Assembly: GCA_951406725.2 (NCBI GenBank)
Contig: OX597816.1
Span: forward strand, 99,634,001-99,698,000
Direction of reading: 5' to 3'
Length of the DNA: 64,000 nucleotides
From: Octopus vulgaris
Lineage: Eukaryota
The position numbers were made by a program, and so were the translations under genes. This document shows, piece by piece, positions 60,941 to 64,000 of this stretch. The first letter of the stretch is position 1, and each line of letters opens with the position of its first letter. Under the pieces are notes generated by a model. That model saw only the letters and a program-made list of their open reading frames with translations. It was not told the origin of the DNA and searched no databases.

Positions 60941-63900
60941 CCTCTTACTTGGAGTCTCTTTTATTGCTTGCTCTAACCTCCAAGACCTCCCTAATTGAGC
61001 TGATTTATGATCAAATATGTTCCAACCAGGATAAGCCTATCTTTTGATATGTCTAAGATGACATTGTGCAGTTTACCTTTCCCTTTTTAGCAAAAGTAGA
61101 GTGTAATTTGAGGAAATTGCCTACTGTTTCTAGTAGTTCAAATGAAGTGACTGTGTAGGTACTCCATCGTTAGCTTGATGTATGTGTTGCTGCTCTCGTC
61201 AGACATCATCAAAACTGGCATTAATGTTCAGTTCAATTGTTACAATTTCAGTCAACAGTGTTTTTTGACCAAGATTTTTACATCAGCAACTTTCCTTTTA
61301 TTTCATTACACAAAGATATTGAGTTAAGCATGTCGGATTCCATTTGTTCTGAAGCAAAAATATTTTATTATTACAACAAACTGAAGGATCTTAAATTATA
61401 TTAGAATTTTTTATTTCCTTTTTGACAAATGGAAATAGACTAAAAACAAATATAAAAAGAATAAATTCAAAATTTCTATTATAAGATTTGTGTAATAGTT
61501 CTGAATTAAAAATATATATATATATATTAAAATGTTCCATAAATTTTAGTCCAGAAATTAATTTTATCAAAACTGCTTGATCAAATTTAGTGAAAAACTT
61601 TAATGAAAGTTAAATCTAATTTACTTTTGGAATATTTCATCATTTCTGATATTCTACCATGAAGGATCTGACTTCTTAACTATGATGAAAATTTTAAAAT
61701 AATATCATCAGCATCAATAACAACAAAACCAACAAAAGGCTATCACTGAATAGAATAATTAAGAAAAGTGAAGAAATTAAAACAATAAAACAAAACATGA
61801 GCTCATTGAGAAAATAGAAAATGTTTCACTAAACATGATTAGCAAAATATTTTATTGGCAAGTGAGTTTAACAATCAGTTGTGTGATTGAAAATCTAAAA
61901 TAAAATTAAAATATTCAGGAAATATGTTATTGGTTATCAAACTCATGATAGACCATTAATATGATGGCTTTCAGATGAAGATTGGAGAAATTAAATGCAA
62001 AAGAAGAACAACAGAAAATTTATTCAGAATTTGTCAATAAATGCATAGAAATTTTCTTTAGAAAATCTTAAGTTGAATAGTGAAGACTTCATTACAGAGT
62101 GAGATATGGCATCAAATCAAGACCAATTTAATTTCCAGAAAAGAAAAAGAAAACTTTAATAGATTTTTTTTCATTACTAAATTTCTCAGATCTAAATATT
62201 TTTGAAGAATATTCTGTGATGGACAAAGTGAAAAGGCAAAGATTGTGAAATTTGAGCCAAAATTGTAACAGAATTTATCAGTAAAGATACTGGAAACCTT
62301 AAATAAAGTTTGAAGTGTTAATTTTAGTAATTTTTCCATAATTTAAGATAAAATTATGTTACTTTGGTACAGAAATGTTAATAAGAATATCTTACATAGC
62401 CAAGTTCACATAGATTCAAGTGTACCGTATCAGCAACCAAGTCTTCATATTCTATTAGTGCCATTTCTCTTTACAACCCTAATTTTGAAGTTGTACTTGT
62501 CTGACAAGTGATTTCATATGAGATCGTGTTTTAGAACTTAGGTCATTACAGCATGGAAGACTTTCAAAACCATGCAGAAACTTTTAACTTCATTAATCAT
62601 TTATTTTTTGGTGTCAAAATTTTCATAGCACTTTCTACAATCCGGTCACTGACCTTGTTACACTACAACTAGTTTGGAACTTGGTTACTGATCAATTTAT
62701 AATGGCATCAGCATTTCAAATTAATTATTCTTTTTTTCTTTAGTGAACTTGATAGTTTCTCTATGTCTAAGAATAGCTAAAATACGTTTTCTATGCTGTA
62801 ATTGCATATAATTCCACAGTTATCAGTTTCCCTTCTATTTGAGTTTGTTCTGGTTTTGATTTTAAATTTTAGTCATTTCCTGTGCTTGGATTGCTAATGA
62901 TCTTCAGACAGTCATAAACATTACCAGCTTTTATTCTCAGCACAAATCCAGTTAAGCTTCAAGAATGTTTAGCCCAAGTAGCACTAAAAGAAGTTTTCAT
63001 ATAGAAAATACATAATAATATTACTATCTATTGTCCATACTGACATCAGCTGCATTGGTGAGGAGTCAAGGTTGAGTCAACCTTGAATCCTCAAATCAGT
63101 AAGTCCAGAAGGACATGGAAATTTGAATTCTTGTATTTGTTTGATTTGCATCTAACAGTCACAAAGGCTTTTAAAATTGCCACAAAAAATATTTTGAAGA
63201 TGAAATTAATACCATGCACAAATGGTAGGGATGCATGGTAGGATAATGTTATTTTGCTTAAAAATTTATGCAAGGATAATTTTGATTAGAAACAAATTTT
63301 TTTCAGCATCACCAAGATGACAAAGAATAGAAATCCCCACTAAGCATTACTGATACATATTTCATTGACATGGGAAGAGAATTAAGATCTGGTCTAAATA
63401 TCAGAAAGAATATAAAAATATTCTACTTCACCTCTTTAACATCCTTATCTAGCACCATTATCACCTCTCTACTACCATTATCATTATCCTTGTTTATCTT
63501 ACTAATGGTATTAAATGGTTGAGAATTTATGTAAGCACATTAGGTTGTGTTGATAAAGATATCAAAAGGATTAGAGTCCTTACAAGTGAAGGTACATCAG
63601 CTTATTTCGATAAAGATATTAAAAAGGTCAGAAACCCCATAAACTGACTATTTTATCTTGGTAATGATATCAATAGGTGAGAATCTGTACAAATGAAACA
63701 CACTTTACAAATACTAATGATGATGAGGATGATGATAGATGTTATCATATAAGCTGAGGCTCATCTAACTTGTATAATAAGCAAGCTGGCTTATATTGGC
63801 AATGATATCTGGTCATAATGACTGATATTGAATGCACCAAAATAATGTAAGAAATGATGTTTCCATGGGTATTTATTTGTGAATAATTTCTAAACTAATA

Positions 63901-64000
63901 TTCCTGATAGATTTTAGAAATAATGTTGTTTATTACTCTTTAGCTATTGGTTATTCATGTATACAGTACTGAATTGTCATACTATGTATATATATATATA

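Overview
AT-rich eukaryotic non-coding DNA full of microsatellites and decayed transposable elements. It is most likely a coleoid cephalopod (Octopus-like) intron or intergenic interval; this rests on my recognition of the SINE and RTE families, not on a search. I found no intact protein-coding gene and no convincing host exon. The ORF-track entries are microsatellite artefacts or TE fragments. Retroelements supported by sequence: a near full-length decayed RTE-type LINE (48787-52280, -) plus many 5'-truncated copies, three R4/Dong-type remnants, CR1-type 3' ends, a Penelope-like GIY-YIG remnant and at least four tRNA-derived SINE types. DNA elements: a full-length dead mariner with TIRs and TA ends, an internally inverted mariner fragment, two hAT-type MITEs with 8-bp TSDs, a Helitron-like end and two foldback elements. 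Most interesting signals: a PHD-type finger inside the RTE reverse transcriptase, a SINE/CR1 shared 3' end, R4/Dong remnants nested in triplet-repeat spacers of tandem SINE arrays, hammerhead-like motifs at Penelope ends, and a ~180-bp hairpin. I cannot claim a new biological system from this sequence alone. Family labels A, B, C, C2 and E are my own working names. Coordinates and translations are hand-read, and boundaries are approximate unless a TSD is given.
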